64,000 nt of DNA from Octopus vulgaris (taxonomy: Eukaryota), in the NCBI GenBank assembly GCA_951406725.2, contig OX597814.1, positions 55,614,001 to 55,678,000 of the forward strand, written 5' to 3'. Made by a program: the position numbers and the translations under genes. This document shows positions 27,320 through 39,689 of this stretch, piece after piece. Below the pieces are notes generated by a model, which saw nothing but the letters and a program-made list of their open reading frames with translations, had not been told where the DNA came from and did no database searches. Numbering within the stretch: the stretch's first letter is position 1; every line of letters begins with the position of its first letter.

Positions 27320-27830
27320 AACTGCCCCAAAACATCCTCATGGCATTACCTACCAATGAGGTATGCGTAGCTAGAACATAATATAATGAAATCTGATCAA
27401 AGGATAATCCTGAGGAGACACACATAAGAAGTTACAGTGAGCTGGAGGGCATAATCACACATAATTCCAAAGAATACTGGTGGAATATCCCTGTCAAGAT
27501 ATCAATTAAATGTAAGCACAACAGCCTAGACATAATGGTCTGGGACAGGAAAAGAAACTATGCACAATAGTTGAAATCAGTTGCCCAGTAGATGTTAACA
27601 CATTGTTCAGAATAAATGAAAGGGAAAAAAAAACCCAACTCATCTTTACTGAGTTGATGAGAAATCTGCAGTTACTCCATCCATATTAGAACTTTAAAGT
27701 TCTACACTTGGTTATGTGACTAACTGCCTTTGAAGAGTTGAGATTCACAAAATGAGAAAGAATACACTTAATAAGAAAATTACAGTTACGAGCTGTCAAA
27801 ATGCATAAAACACTCATGAAGTTTAACAGG
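27320..27830 (+). mobile_element. R4/Dong-like LINE restriction-like endonuclease fragment
   Basis: KEYWWNIPVKISIKCKHNSLDIMVWDR...CTIVEISCPVDVN, resembling the HNRPDI..D..E motif, frameshifted. Confidence 0.65.
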
Positions 27831-27848
27831 TAATAAGATCCATTTGTA

Positions 27849-28062
27849 AGGCAGCGAGATGGCAGAATCATTAGCATGACAGGCAAAATGCTTAGAGGCA
27901 GTTTGTCCATTACAACATTCTGAGTTCAAATTCCACTGAGGTCGACTTTGCCTTTCATCCCTTTTAGGGTCAATAACTTAAGTACCAGTTGAGCACAGGG
28001 GTTGACATAATAAACTTACCCCATCTCCCAAAATTGCTGGCTTTGTGTTAAATTGAAACCAA
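27849..28062 (+). mobile_element. SINE family B (GCCTTTCATCC...GGGTC...AAGTACCAG central domain)
   Basis: Head ggcagcgagatggcagaatc, B-box-like GAGTTCAAATTCC. Related copies at 54911-55125 (+), 7085-7297 (-) and 55200-55285 (-). Confidence 0.8.
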
Positions 28063-28455
28063 TAAAGATACACATGTGCAATGTCATCCATGTCTACACT
28101 CATGTATACATATCTACATATTGATATATATACATACTCACACACACATATAGGCACATATACATACACACACACATATATATATACATGTATATGCATA
28201 TATGTATACATATATACAAATACATATACATACACATTTATATATGCAAATATATACATATATATACATACACACACATACACATATATATGTATACATT
28301 TTATCAATGGCCAGCATATTAAAAAATACCTTTAACGGTTAAATTTATAAACAATTCATAGCGTGCGTATTGTGAAAAAATTATAATATGCTGGCCATTG
28401 ATAAAATTTTTTTTGAGAAAATATATTTTTTTTCGAAAAGAATTTTATCCTCACA

Positions 28456-28971
28456 TCTATATATATAAAACTGTAGTTGTGTGAGTGTCTGTCTCCTACG
28501 ATTTAGGTTCCTAACTCCTCCCACATTTTGCGGTGCAGTTTAACCAAATTCGGGTATCTTATAGTCGTGATTAATATCGAGCCCGTCTGGCTATTAGCGC
28601 GCGTCTACGATGAGTCTACGATTTAAAAAATAATTTAACATCATTTTTATTCCATTTTAATGCATAATTTTTCGTGTGTCGATGGCGGCGGAGTTGGCGT
28701 CCACGCTCAAACACCTGCACCTGTGTTTGCTTCTCCCCCTTCTTCCCTCCTTCGTGAAGCTGTGGGGAAGGGAGTTTAAGGAAATCAACGTCGTAATGCG
28801 TTGTCAAGGAGACCAGCGTTCTTTTAGAACAACGACTTCATGGCTTGAAGACACCAAAACAGAAATGGCTAAGAAAGCCCGAATTGGCATCTATAAAGGA
28901 AGTAACTCTCTAAAAATGCTTATATAGTTATTTCTCTTACAAACCCGAGCAACGCCGGGCGATACTGCTAG
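28456..28971 (+). mobile_element. Non-autonomous Helitron, complete
   Basis: 5' TCTATATATATAAAA after host A, subterminal GC hairpin CCCGAGCAACGCCGGG, 3' CTAG followed by host T. No TSD. CpG-rich, so probably young. Confidence 0.9.
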
Positions 28972-29170
28972 TTTGATATAAATTTAAGCGTTCACTTCCA
29001 AACTAACTAACTCACTCTGTGAGAGCCTCAGTTCAAATCGCACGTGCCTCGAATGGGCTGGAGTATTTCTATTTTGGATGTATTTGGGGTACTTATTTGT
29101 GCCCATGACTTAATATTTGCTTCTTCCATGGGTATAAGTAAGTATCTCATTTATTTCTTTTACCACATGT

Positions 29171-29221
29171 ATCACTGACGAAGAGAGGGCCCTTAGTAGC
29201 TAACTCTGAAATCGGTCCGAT
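29171..29221 (+). ncRNA. Minimal type I hammerhead ribozyme
   Basis: ATCA-CTGACGA-AGAG(18 nt)CTCT-GAAA-TCGG-TC-CGAT: full core and 4-bp helix II. Helices I and III each differ by one CpG-type change from ATCG/CGAT and ACCGGT. Flanking TACCA/TGGTA extends the pairing. Confidence 0.7.
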
Positions 29222-29314
29222 ATGGTAATAATGGAATTTTTAGAAATTTCTGTCGACCTTTTTTCGAGTAGCTTATTGTGAAAAATTATATCTATCTATC
29301 TATCTATCATTATC

Positions 29315-29398
<84 letters not shown>

Positions 29399-29509
29399 TT
29401 TATATAATTAAGAGAAATAACCTCTATTAAGTAATTCAATAGTGAAAGACTTTATCTATATCAGATAAATATTATTCAAAAAATCACTAAATTGAATTAA
29501 CATTAAATT

Positions 29510-29607
29510 GACTACGTGCGTTGCGTGATTATATCTTTAAATCGATAATAATAAAATTGATACCATTAAAATTTATTCGATTTAAAAATATAGCCACTCT
29601 TCAGGTC
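29510..29607 (-). ncRNA. Hammerhead ribozyme with ~73-nt helix II (GAAA mutated to GCAA)
   Basis: Minus strand: GAC-CTGAAGA-GTGGCTATATTTTTAAATCGA...TCGATTTAAAGATATAATCAC-GCAA-CGCACG-TA-GTC. Confidence 0.65.
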
Positions 29608-30556
29608 TAAAGTAATAAAATAAATGTATGTATCTTAACACATAATAAATGAATATAGAAATATACATATATTAACTATAAATAATCAAATAAAATATAC
29701 CAATATTAATGAAAAATAAAATCATAACTTATCTTATTGAATAATTCCAGTTAACTGAAATTTTAAAAGTTATACTTAGAACCTAGTGTTGCTAAGAAAT
29801 TTATCACGTAAATTGAAATCTAATGGAATCAAGTATAATTTAAATTGGGAGGTAGTTTGTAAAGCTAAATCTTATCGAATAGGTAATAATTTTTGTTTAC
29901 TATGTACAAATGAATTTATGGAGATATTATAAATCTAATAATAAAAAGTTGGTTAATTACAAGATGAGCGAATAATTAAATGTAGACATAAGTTAAATTA
30001 CTTATATAAGTTTAGCTAATTTGTGTATATATTTAAACCCTGATTGATGTTACTAATTTTTGTAGTTATAATTTGTAGTAGCATAATGAGCATAAATTAG
30101 CAGTAGATTATGTAGTGTGTATTACATAAGTGGAATAAGATTAAACCAAGATGTTTATAACATAAATAAATTGATGAATATAGATTAAGTTATCGAAATT
30201 TAGTTTATTTTATGTATTTTACGTATTTTAGTTTTCAATTATTGAGAATTTTGAATTTTTCCAGTAAACGGTATATTACATCTAGTTTATTTCTTATTTT
30301 CACAGCTAAAATACATTTTTCTATTTGTTTATTTTATAGTTATTATTTACGTCATGTTTTCATGTGACAAATCCTTAGGTTGTAAGTACAACGTTTAAAG
30401 TTTCAGTTAACAGGAATTCTTCAATAAGATAAGTTATGATTTTATTTTTCATTAATACTGTTATATTTCATTTGATTATTTATAGTTAAGATACGTATAT
30501 TTCTATATTTATTTATTATATGTTAAAATACATACATTTATTTTATTATTATTTTA

Positions 30557-30670
30557 GACCTGAAGAGTAGCTATATTTTTAAATTGAATTAATTTTAAAT
30601 CGAATTAATTTTAATAGTATCAATTTTATTATAATCGATTTAAAGATATAATCATGAAATGTGTATAGTC
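30557..30670 (+). ncRNA. Hammerhead ribozyme with extended helix II (sister copy)
   Basis: GAC-CTGAAGA-GTAGCTATATTTTTAAAT...ATTTAAAGATATAATCAT-GAAA-TGTGTA-TA-GTC. Core intact; a ~16-bp tandem duplication lies inside helix II. Confidence 0.65.
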
Positions 30671-31901
30671 AATTTAATATATATTTAATTCAGTGATTGT
30701 TTTTGAATAATATATATTATAGTATAATTTTTCTATATGATATAGATAAAGTCTGTCACTATTGAATTATTTAATAGAGGTTATTTCTCTTAATTATATA
30801 AATATATTATATATTGTGAAATTTGATTTGGAGTTGCTAAATTGAATTTTTCCCTGTAAGTTTGGAATTATATTCCCCACTATTATTATATACATACATA
30901 TATATATACATACATATATACATACACACATATATACATACACACACATATATACATACATATATATGCATACATACACACATATATATACACATATATA
31001 CATACATAGATAGATACACATGTATGTACATATATATATATATATACATACATACACATATACATACACACGCACATTTACACACATGCACATTTACACA
31101 CATATGCACATACACATATTTATATATTTTATTCTGGAGAGGGGTTGGCTCTTCTAGGCTTAAAAATGCCTCAGTCACAGTGTCTGCTATGGTGACACCT
31201 CTATAACTCTATCAGGAGTTGAGGGCCCAAGCAATGTCAGGCATGATCTATCTCCTATATTGTTTATTCATCTAAATATCATTAGAATAATTTTAATAAT
31301 GCAAACTAAGCTAGAATACTGGCTTAGGATGAGATTTACGCAATATTATCACAATTCATGGATGTGTATATTTAATTTATGCATATATAGCTTTGTCTAC
31401 AAACTGACACTTATTTAATTTTTAAAACAAAGTTTCTTGAGTATTACTATTCTGTAGTAAACAAATGTTACTGGTAAGTTCATACAGGCTGTATTAATAC
31501 ATGCAACCAATTGTTTCACTAACAAAAAATACTACACTTATAGATTTAAGAAGAGTATAATTTGAAAAAATTAATCTTCAATATTAATGAATACTTGCTT
31601 CAGCTAATATTGTTTTTATCTTCCATTTACAATAAAAAAGAAAAAATTCTAGTTATAACAGGTTAATAAAATACAGTATAGCAATAAGTAATCAGGAAAT
31701 TTATTTTGTTTGCTAAAGAGTTGAGTAGATCATTGGGACAAAGATATGAAAGTAGACATTAGAGATTATTTAATGATCTAGTAAGCCTTCACAAGAAACT
31801 TGTTAGAAATGAATTCAAGAAAGAACCATAGTCCCAGAATAATGCCAAAACTTTTGAAATAAAAATGTGTTAGATATATCAACTATTCATGCTTATTATA
31901 C

Positions 31902-31976
31902 CTGGGCCCTATGGTTAGGCTGTCTATGTCAGAGGAATTAGATGACCAACCAACATCAGACTCAGTACTGCATTGG
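31902..31976 (-). CDS. Probable next Slo2/KCNT exon (extracellular S1-S2 loop)
   Basis: 75-bp phase-2/phase-2 exon with polypyrimidine tract plus tttAG acceptor and CAG|GTATAA donor. In frame with the previous exon: (G)QCSTESDVGWSSNSSDIDSLTIGP(R/S), with a Cys and an N-S-S glycosylation sequon as expected for this loop. The loop is poorly conserved and the donor is weak. Confidence 0.55.
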
Positions 31977-33694
31977 CTAAACAAATAAAAAAAAGTATAA
32001 TATAATTTAGAATATTCTTATATATTTGGTGCTTTTTTTTGCATGAATGTGAAAAATGTAATATTTGATGTTATCCGTCTACATTTGATTTTTGGCAGAA
32101 AATGAGATGATAAAAATATATTTCAGGAATAGTATTATTAAATTTTTCATAAAACATTTTTTGAAAAGCTGAAAATAATTTTAAAAACAATTTAAACAAT
32201 TCAAACACACACACATATATATATATCTTGTATATTTCATTGTATCCCTGTTAATAAACAAATAATATATATTCTATATTGAAATTACAAACAATAATTT
32301 CAGAAAGTAAATAAATCATAATGAATAAGTAAAAGATCACTAAATTAATATTGAGTAATATAAAAATTAATAATATTACTAAATTGATATAATTAATATA
32401 AAAATTAACAGCTAGAAAAATATCTATTTTTGGTAAGTTGTTGGCAGTCTGTTGACAAATAACTATTAGTAAGACAAAAGGATGAGAAGATCTGGGTAAA
32501 AAAATTGAATTGTAGTTCTCTAATAACTTTTAAGTGCTTTTATATCAAATAGTAATAAAACGGATACTAAACATTAATAATATGAATTTTAGTCAAGAAA
32601 TCTAGACTATTTCACATAGCTAAAAGGAAGAAAAATAAAATGAATGACTTCTTTAATATAATATAATCAGTTTGACTTGTAATCAAAATATGATAATGAA
32701 AAGTTTAGTAAGAGATAAACTTTTCAACAAAATAGACCAAAATATTGAAGTTGAAAATATATAACACATGACTTACAAACTTGATATCATTTGTAACTTT
32801 TTAATGTATCTTGTGGCTTTTACTTATCATATTTTTCCACTATATTTGGCAATTAATTGAACTTGAGTGACTAATATGTGCCTCAAGCACCGATTCCTAC
32901 ACTATCTTTATAAGGTACAAGTGCAATGAAGTAGAAATGTGCCCTTTCACTCTCAGTTTATGATACTATTTGAGGACATTTGAGGAAAAGTGTTTCCTGT
33001 TCCTGATCAGAAATTGTATATATATATATCTGGTTTTGGGATGTAATAGTTAATATGAAAACAAAATTCACAGAAATTAAAAGAAGTTAAAAATTTCTAA
33101 TATTGGAATAGAATTTTGGCATTGTTTTCACTAAAGAAATTTCTAAGTTAAGCAACATATACCCTCGATTTTATTTATAAATAAAAAAAATATACCAGGG
33201 TCAAAGAGACAATTTTAATCTGACAATCTATCAAACAGGAAACATACGGGAAATTAGTTGAATCTGTTTTACTCTGCATTTAAATATGAATAAAGACTGA
33301 CACATAAACCAAATATTTGGAAGAAAATTTGAAGCTTGGTTAAGTTAACAGAATTTTAAGCAAAATTTTCAAGTTTACAAAAAAAGTTGATATAAACTTT
33401 CATGACAATCAACTTGAGTTCAAGCAGCAATAAAACACAAGATTCTTCTGAGTTCTTCATCGTCAAAAGAATTAAGATCTCAGTCTTATACTCCAAAGCC
33501 CATTGGCATAATTTATATGAATAAACATAAATTGAATATCACATTGTATAGCAAACCATTTTTGTACTGATTTGTCATCATGTTTGTACTAAAGAATCCT
33601 CTTTACAATATACTCTTTGTATTTAGAAAATTTATAATACAGAAGTAAATTTGACTTTAATTCAAAATTATAATTCATACTATTTATTCTTTAA

Positions 33695-33914
33695 CCCTTT
33701 AGCTTTCAAGTTACTCTGTCAAATGTAATGCCTATTTATTCACATTATTTTGAAGTAGTCACTCATTAACTCATAGCTCTGAGATTTCAATGATGTGGTT
33801 GTTTATTTTTAGAATGTCATTGTAAGGTAGATGTGAGTGGCCCAATCTGGCCAGTCTGAATGGAAAAGAGGTTTAACATTTGGGCTTGATATGGCTGGTC
33901 TGAATGCTAAAGAG
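33695..33914. mobile_element. piggyBac-type MITE
   Basis: TTAA|CCCTTTAGCTTTCA ... TGAATGCTAAAGAG|TTAA. Confidence 0.8.
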
Positions 33915-36107
33915 TTAAAAGAATATCTATATGCCAACTAAGTTTGATTTGAAGTTTGTCTTAGTGGAATGTAAAAAAGTGGTAAAGAGATTGAATCAAC
34001 CAGATAAGAATTTTTACATGAACAAGACTATTTTCTGTAGGTATAAAAAAGCTTTAAGAATATTATAGGCCATGTTAATTTGTAGGGTTAATACCAAAAA
34101 GAATGAAGGCTGTTCTCTTTTGCAGATATTTTATGTATTAAATTATGCTTAGAATGTTTTCATTGCCTTTCATAGTTTTATATAATTAATACTTATGTAA
34201 TAGGTTTGTTCTCTATGAAATTGATATAATATATATAGACACAATATTACTTAATACAATTAAAAAGATGGTTAACATGATAACAATATTCAAAAGTGGG
34301 AATCAGCTGAAATGAAATACCACTTCCATTTCATAGTGGTTAAGGGTAGAAATGACATTTAACTATTTAACTATCAGAAAAAATACCTGTAAAAATATTG
34401 TAACATAAAAATCTAAATTTTCAGTACTTTCCTACAAAGGCAAACATGGAAAAATAGATATAAAACAGTGAGAGAAAAAAAACAAAACAAAAAAAAAACA
34501 ACCTAAAATCCAACAAAAATATATAAAGCTATGTGAGGTTGAGTTTGTGATATTTATAGCCAATTTTAGAACTAGATATTCACTTTAGCAGTAATGGCAG
34601 GATATTTTATGCTTCATTAAATGGAGGAAAAGCCCTTTTAAAGTAGTCAGTCACATATACGATCCAATGATTTATAATTCTCATCATAGAGTTTCAAAAT
34701 CACTTGGGGAAATAGAAACATTTCATACACTATTAATCATGATGAGAAACAAATAAATAGGTAAATGACCTAGGAATACCATCATTGGAAACATTTGCAC
34801 TTGTGATGTTAATTCTTCAAAAGGATTTTTTATTCAAATTACAAGTTGGAATTGGATCTGGAATAATCTGGAGCTGGAGATGTTAGTATACTTTTAAGGG
34901 AAAAGAGAACACTGTGTAACTAATGTAGTTAGAATGAATGATAAAATAATATGTTTGAAACAACTGTGACCATGATGGCCATTGTACTCACTGCATATGT
35001 CCAATGCTCAGTAAAACACTAATTATATTGAGAGGGACCAGTTCTATGAAACCATTATGAAACTAGTGCAGATATAAATTTCAGAAATTTCGTAAATGTG
35101 GTGGGAATTTTAATATCCCTCTAAGTGTTTGTGGATAACTGAGATTATAGTTGAAAAACAATTCCTTAATATTTTTTAACTTCTATGAAGTAGATTCATT
35201 CATAACCCTGGGAAACTAGCCTGATCAATTTGCGAGTCAAACTTATTTCATCCAGACTGAAAAAGAAACTCTGAATTAAATGTTCAACCCTGGTGATGAA
35301 TCTAACCACAAAACTGAGTTTTGAGATTAAGATGAAAGCAGCAAAAAGAAAACCTTCATAGAAATGAGAGAGGATATGTTTAAAGATGCTTCAGGAAGGG
35401 GCATCTTCCTCACAACATTGGTAAATACTAAGAAGTGGATAGAAAAACTTCTTTAGAGTTTAGAATAGATGAGAATTCCCAAATGGCTGTTGTAAGACTT
35501 CAGCTAATAATGAGTTAAATCTAATATGTTGTCATTAATTTTCAATACTGATTCAGCAGATTATGCTCAAAAGTATTCCGACCATGACCATTCCAACTTT
35601 TTACACATAGCTATGATTACATTACATACTTCTCTTTTTATCATGACAGGTGCAATTTGGGGAAAACAAGGCTGCTACTTCTAGAAGGTCAAGGAGTTCA
35701 TAGATAAGTTTTTCAATAAAGACAGTTGGTTAAGTAAGATTAATTATGAGTGAGAGGTTTAGGGGCCAAATATCTATCATGGCTGTGTGAATAAGAAGCC
35801 ATATGGTTCCCAGCTAATCCTAATGCTGATGCCTTAGGTAAGTGCTTCTACTGTAATCTTGGGTTGATCAATACAACGTGAATATTTGGTAGAAATTGCG
35901 TGGAAGCCTGCTATATACATATACATGTAATTTTTTCATTTTTTTAATGCTGGCCTGGGTTGGATGAAACTTCTTGAGACAGTATTCCACAACTGGACAC
36001 TCATTCTTGATACCAAATCTTATACATATACATATATATTTAAGAGATGATGAATTATGTACATTATTTACATTTGACAGATATTTGTCCTCATCTTGTT
36101 TGTTGTT

Positions 36108-36153
36108 AACACAACGTTTCCGCTGATATACCCTCCAGCCTTCATCAGGTGTC
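36108..36153 (-). ncRNA. Minimal hammerhead ribozyme (left arm of 36-37 kb palindrome)
   Basis: Minus strand GACAC-CTGATGA-A-GGCTG(GAGGGTATAT)CAGCG-GAAA-CG-TT-GTGTT with palindromic AACGTT helix III, preceded by a 13-bp tandem duplication of GACACCTGATGAA. Confidence 0.7.
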
Positions 36154-36184
36154 TTCATCAGGTGTCTAAGGTATTTTTCGGTGA

Positions 36185-36233
<49 letters not shown>

Positions 36234-37271
36234 GTTCAGGTCACTGCTTGGAATCAAACTTGGAATCTTGGGGTTAGTAGCCTGCACTCTTAACCACTAC
36301 GCCATATGCATGTGGGTAATTATGGAGTGAATTTTAGGGCTTATAAATCTAATATTTCCCTATCCTTCCTTGATACCAGTTCCCATATGCTGCTCATATC
36401 TGCTTAAGAGATTGTTGTATCCTAGCATATGTGCTGCTTCTTTTAGTTTTTGTATTTTCTGGTAGTGTTCTCTGTCTATTATTTTAACTTCATCCCACAA
36501 GGGGAGATGGTCTCCATTTTCCCATACATGATCAGCTATAGCTAATTTATCAATATCTCCTTATGTCACAACTTTGCAATGTTCATCTACCCTTATTTTG
36601 AGTGTGGGGCATGTTTTGCCTTTGTGTAACCTACCACAGCTGCATAGGATGGAGTACACGCAGTCTTTGGTCATATTCTCTTCTATTGGTAGTTTTACTC
36701 AAATACTTCACAAGTATCTACTTTGAGCAAAACCACAAATAGAAGAGAATGTGACCAAAAACTGCATATACTCCATCCTATGCAGCTGTGGTAGGTTATA
36801 CAAAGGTGAAAATGCTCTCCCACTCAAAATAAGGGTAGACGAACATCACAAAGCTGTAACATGAGGAGATATTGATAAATCGGCTATAACTGATAATGTA
36901 TGGAAAAATGGAGACCCCCTCTCCCTATGGGATGATGTCAAAATAATAGACAGAGAACACCTCTGGAAAATATGGAAACTAAAAGAAGCAGCACATATGC
37001 TAGGACACGACAACCTCCTAAGCAGACCGAATGCTGATATGAGTAGCATATTGGAACCAGTATTAAGGAAGGATAGGAAAATATTAGATTTATTAGCCCT
37101 AAAATTCACTCCATAATTGCCCATGGGCATATGACATAATGGTTAAAAGTGTGGGCTACTAACAACAAGATTCCGAGTTTGATTCCAAGCAGTTACCTGA
37201 ATGATAACAATAATAATAATAACATCGAAAAATACCTTAGGAATGAGAACCTAGGTTTGAAATCTCCCCAA

Positions 37272-37314
37272 GTAACCTGATGAAGGCTGGAGAGAATATC
37301 AGCTGAAACATGTT
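37272..37314 (+). ncRNA. Degenerate minimal hammerhead (right arm of 36-37 kb palindrome)
   Basis: CTGATGA-A-GGCTG(GAGAGAATAT)CAGCT-GAAA-CATGTT, with a small deletion in the helix III/cleavage region relative to the left arm. Confidence 0.55.
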
Positions 37315-37529
37315 AACAACAAACAAGATGAGGACAAGTATTCGTCAAATGTAAATAATGTACCAAATCTTATGTATCTGAGAAAGAGTTGGCATAAAAA
37401 ATTACACATTTTTGTATATCAAAGTTCAATCTATTGGTAAATTTTTACTTTGCAGGATAAAAACAGTATCAGAGCCACCCAAGCAGTACAAATGTGAAGA
37501 TATATCCACACACACATGTGCACATTCAT

Positions 37530-37576
<47 letters not shown>

Positions 37577-38164
37577 CTCATTTGTGATGGGGTTCTGTAT
37601 GTCTTTTCTTTTTGTCTTCCAAATTTCATCTACAAAGTATTGGTCAACCCAAAGTTACTTCACTGTTGGAATCAAAATTTTAGTATAACCAAATGAATAA
37701 ATACAAATTACAACTGTTTTATTATGTAAGTATCTTGCCTTGCTTTTTAAGAAGGAAAATGGAATTTGTGGCTACCATGCATTAAGCAACTGCATTAACA
37801 ACATAAATGAAGACCTTCTGGCTAGGATTGAAACTAAGTCTAAGATTCATTTTGCTAGGAATTTACTACTGCAATGTACTGCAAATTGCACGTGTATGAA
37901 AGTGTGTGTGTGTATAATGATATTCTAATTCAACTTAATATAATGCAATTTACAATGATACAGCAATCTGGAATTCTAAAAATGAATTCAGCTATTTAGA
38001 AGTGTTTTTTTAAAGTAATATTAGGCAATACAAAGTTAAATTCTGCCCTGGCAATTATTAAGCAGAGATTAAACTATCTTCCTTAAATTAAATAATAATT
38101 TTAGAAAACAAAAAACAATATATACTATTCTTTGCTTATAAAATTATATGAAAATTCCCCAATC

Positions 38165-38228
<64 letters not shown>

Positions 38229-38375
38229 ATATCATATAATTTACATGGAGAATGCGTATATCAAGAGAAAATGCTTAAACTTTGTATGCCTATTACATAC
38301 AAATTACTATAATTAAGAGTTAGATTTTCCATAAGAATGAAGTTAAATTCAAAGATAATATTTCAGCATACTTAC

Positions 38376-38469
38376 CCGTAAGAAGACTGTCCATTTGTAA
38401 TTACTCGCACTACATATAAGACGCATGTTAATACTTTGATAACTAAATTGAAAATTCTAATCCGTAAAC
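38376..38469 (-). CDS. KCNT (slo-2): Exon of Slo2/KCNT-family channel, S1 transmembrane helix
   Basis: 94-bp exon with a strong acceptor (tttctttttcttttAG) and donor GTAAGT. A|GT joins to give S-LRIRIFNLVIKVLTCVLYVVRVITNGQSSY(G), matching KCNT1 [26 protein letters not shown]. The intervening intron is about 14.8 kb. Confidence 0.95.
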
Positions 38470-38799
38470 CTAAAAGAAAAAGAAAATATAAAATACATCA
38501 AACAGATTCATAATTGTGTAGGAAAATAAAAATAAAAATTTGTTAACAAGGGGGAATGAAAATGAATAAACTTACCACAAATGCATATTAAAAGATTGGT
38601 TTTGATATAGGATAAAAACTACACCACTGTAAAGTCTTCCCCAAACATATACACAGACCAACATCTGATTCTCAATACAAGCTAACAATTTGTTAGTCTT
38701 TCAGTGATCATCAGGCCTATTATTCAAAATAACAATCAAATATTCTCAAATTAACTACGTTTAAAAAAAGAAGGACATAGTATATATACACATATATAT

Positions 38800-38998
38800 T
38801 TCTTTTATTCTTTTACTTGTTTCAGCCATTTGACTGTGGCCATACTGGGGCATCACCTTTTGTTGAGCAAATCAACACCAGGATTTATTCTTTGTAAACC
38901 TCATACTTATGCTATTGGTCACTTTTGGTGAACTGCTAATTTACAGGGATGTAAACACACCAGCATCAGTTGTCAAGCGATGCTGGAGGAACAAACAG

Positions 38999-39032
<34 letters not shown>

Positions 39033-39161
39033 ACACACATATATATATATATGACAGGCTTCTTTCAGTTTCTGTCTACCAAATCCATTCACAAAGCTTT
39101 GGTCGGCTTGAGGCTATAGTACTTGAAGACACTGAACCTGTAACCCAAGCTACTTACTGTA

Positions 39162-39219
<58 letters not shown>

Positions 39220-39290
39220 ATGCAGTGGGACTGAACCTGTAACCTTGTGGTTGATAGGCAAGCTACTTACCACACATCCACTCCTGTACC
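38800..39290 (-). mobile_element. tRNA-derived SINE family A
   Basis: Reverse complement of the same family, with an internal duplication and microsatellites. Confidence 0.85.
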
Positions 39291-39317
39291 TATATATATA
39301 TATATATATATTTATAT

Positions 39318-39351
<34 letters not shown>

Positions 39352-39388
39352 CTTAGCGTCCGCTTTCCATGCTAGCATGATATACATA

Positions 39389-39612
39389 TATATTTGGAGA
39401 GAAGGTTTTTCTCAAAAGTTAAGATTGAGAAAAGAACTTTTAGAAAGTCAAAAGACACTAACCTTTGGGAAGAGTTTCACAAAATGTGTGTAGGCTTTGC
39501 TTTTACACACATTTTGTGAAATCTCTTCCCAAAGGTTAGTGTCTTTTGACTTTCTAAAAAAGTTCTTTTCTCAATCTTAACTCTTTGAGAAAAAAATTTT
39601 CTCTCCAAATAT
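39389..39612. repeat. Near-perfect ~220-bp palindrome
   Basis: Arms of about 105 bp (ttggagagaagg...aaaatgtgtgta / tacacacatttt...ctctccaa) with an ~11-nt loop. Confidence 0.9.
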
Positions 39613-39644
39613 TATAACTGTATCAAGGAATTTCCAACACACTC

Positions 39645-39689
<45 letters not shown>

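Larger units (their letters stand above)
28298..29290 (+). mobile_element. Non-coding PLE-type element (inverted + partial tandem ends) interrupted by a Helitron
   Basis: 24-bp inverted repeat 28298-28321 / 28384-28407; tattgtgaaaaa(a)ttata is repeated at ~28368 and ~29274; hammerhead at 29171; ends in (TATC)n(TA)n. Confidence 0.55.
29401..30800. mobile_element. Foldback PLE insertion: inverted 3' end (29401-29786) plus 5'-truncated direct copy (29787-30800)
   Basis: Inverted arms of about 385-425 bp (29401-29786 / 30374-30800). The spacer encodes RKLKSNGIKYNLNWEVVCKAKSYRIGNNFCLLCTNEFMEIL (29807-29929), a PLE GIY-YIG C-terminus. Each arm holds a hammerhead. Abuts (TA)n. Confidence 0.85.
36024..37360. 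mobile_element. Palindromic PLE insertion (two divergent GIY-YIG + 3' UTR arms) with 13-bp TSD
   Basis: Inverted symmetry about ~36710. The right arm encodes KNCIYSILCSCGRLYKGE...EHHKAV...SAITDNVW...WDDVKIIDREHLWKIWKLKEAAHM, a decayed Penelope/Poseidon-type GIY-YIG. Hammerheads lie near both outer ends. TACCAAATCTTAT is repeated at 36011-36023 and 37361-37373. Confidence 0.9.

Noticed and set aside
34770-34890. Minus-strand TACTAAC plus a peptide resembling a glycosylated loop (INITSANVSNDGIP)
   Set aside because: In-frame stop just upstream, poor donor (GTCATT), and the better acceptors give the wrong phase.
38571-38640. Strong GTAAGT donor 106 bp upstream of the S1 exon
   Set aside because: The compatible frame has a stop shortly upstream and no ATG. 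It could be a non-coding alternative exon but is unsupported.
38690-38720. Minus-strand CTGATGA-TCACT-GAAA
   Set aside because: No helix I or II pairing.
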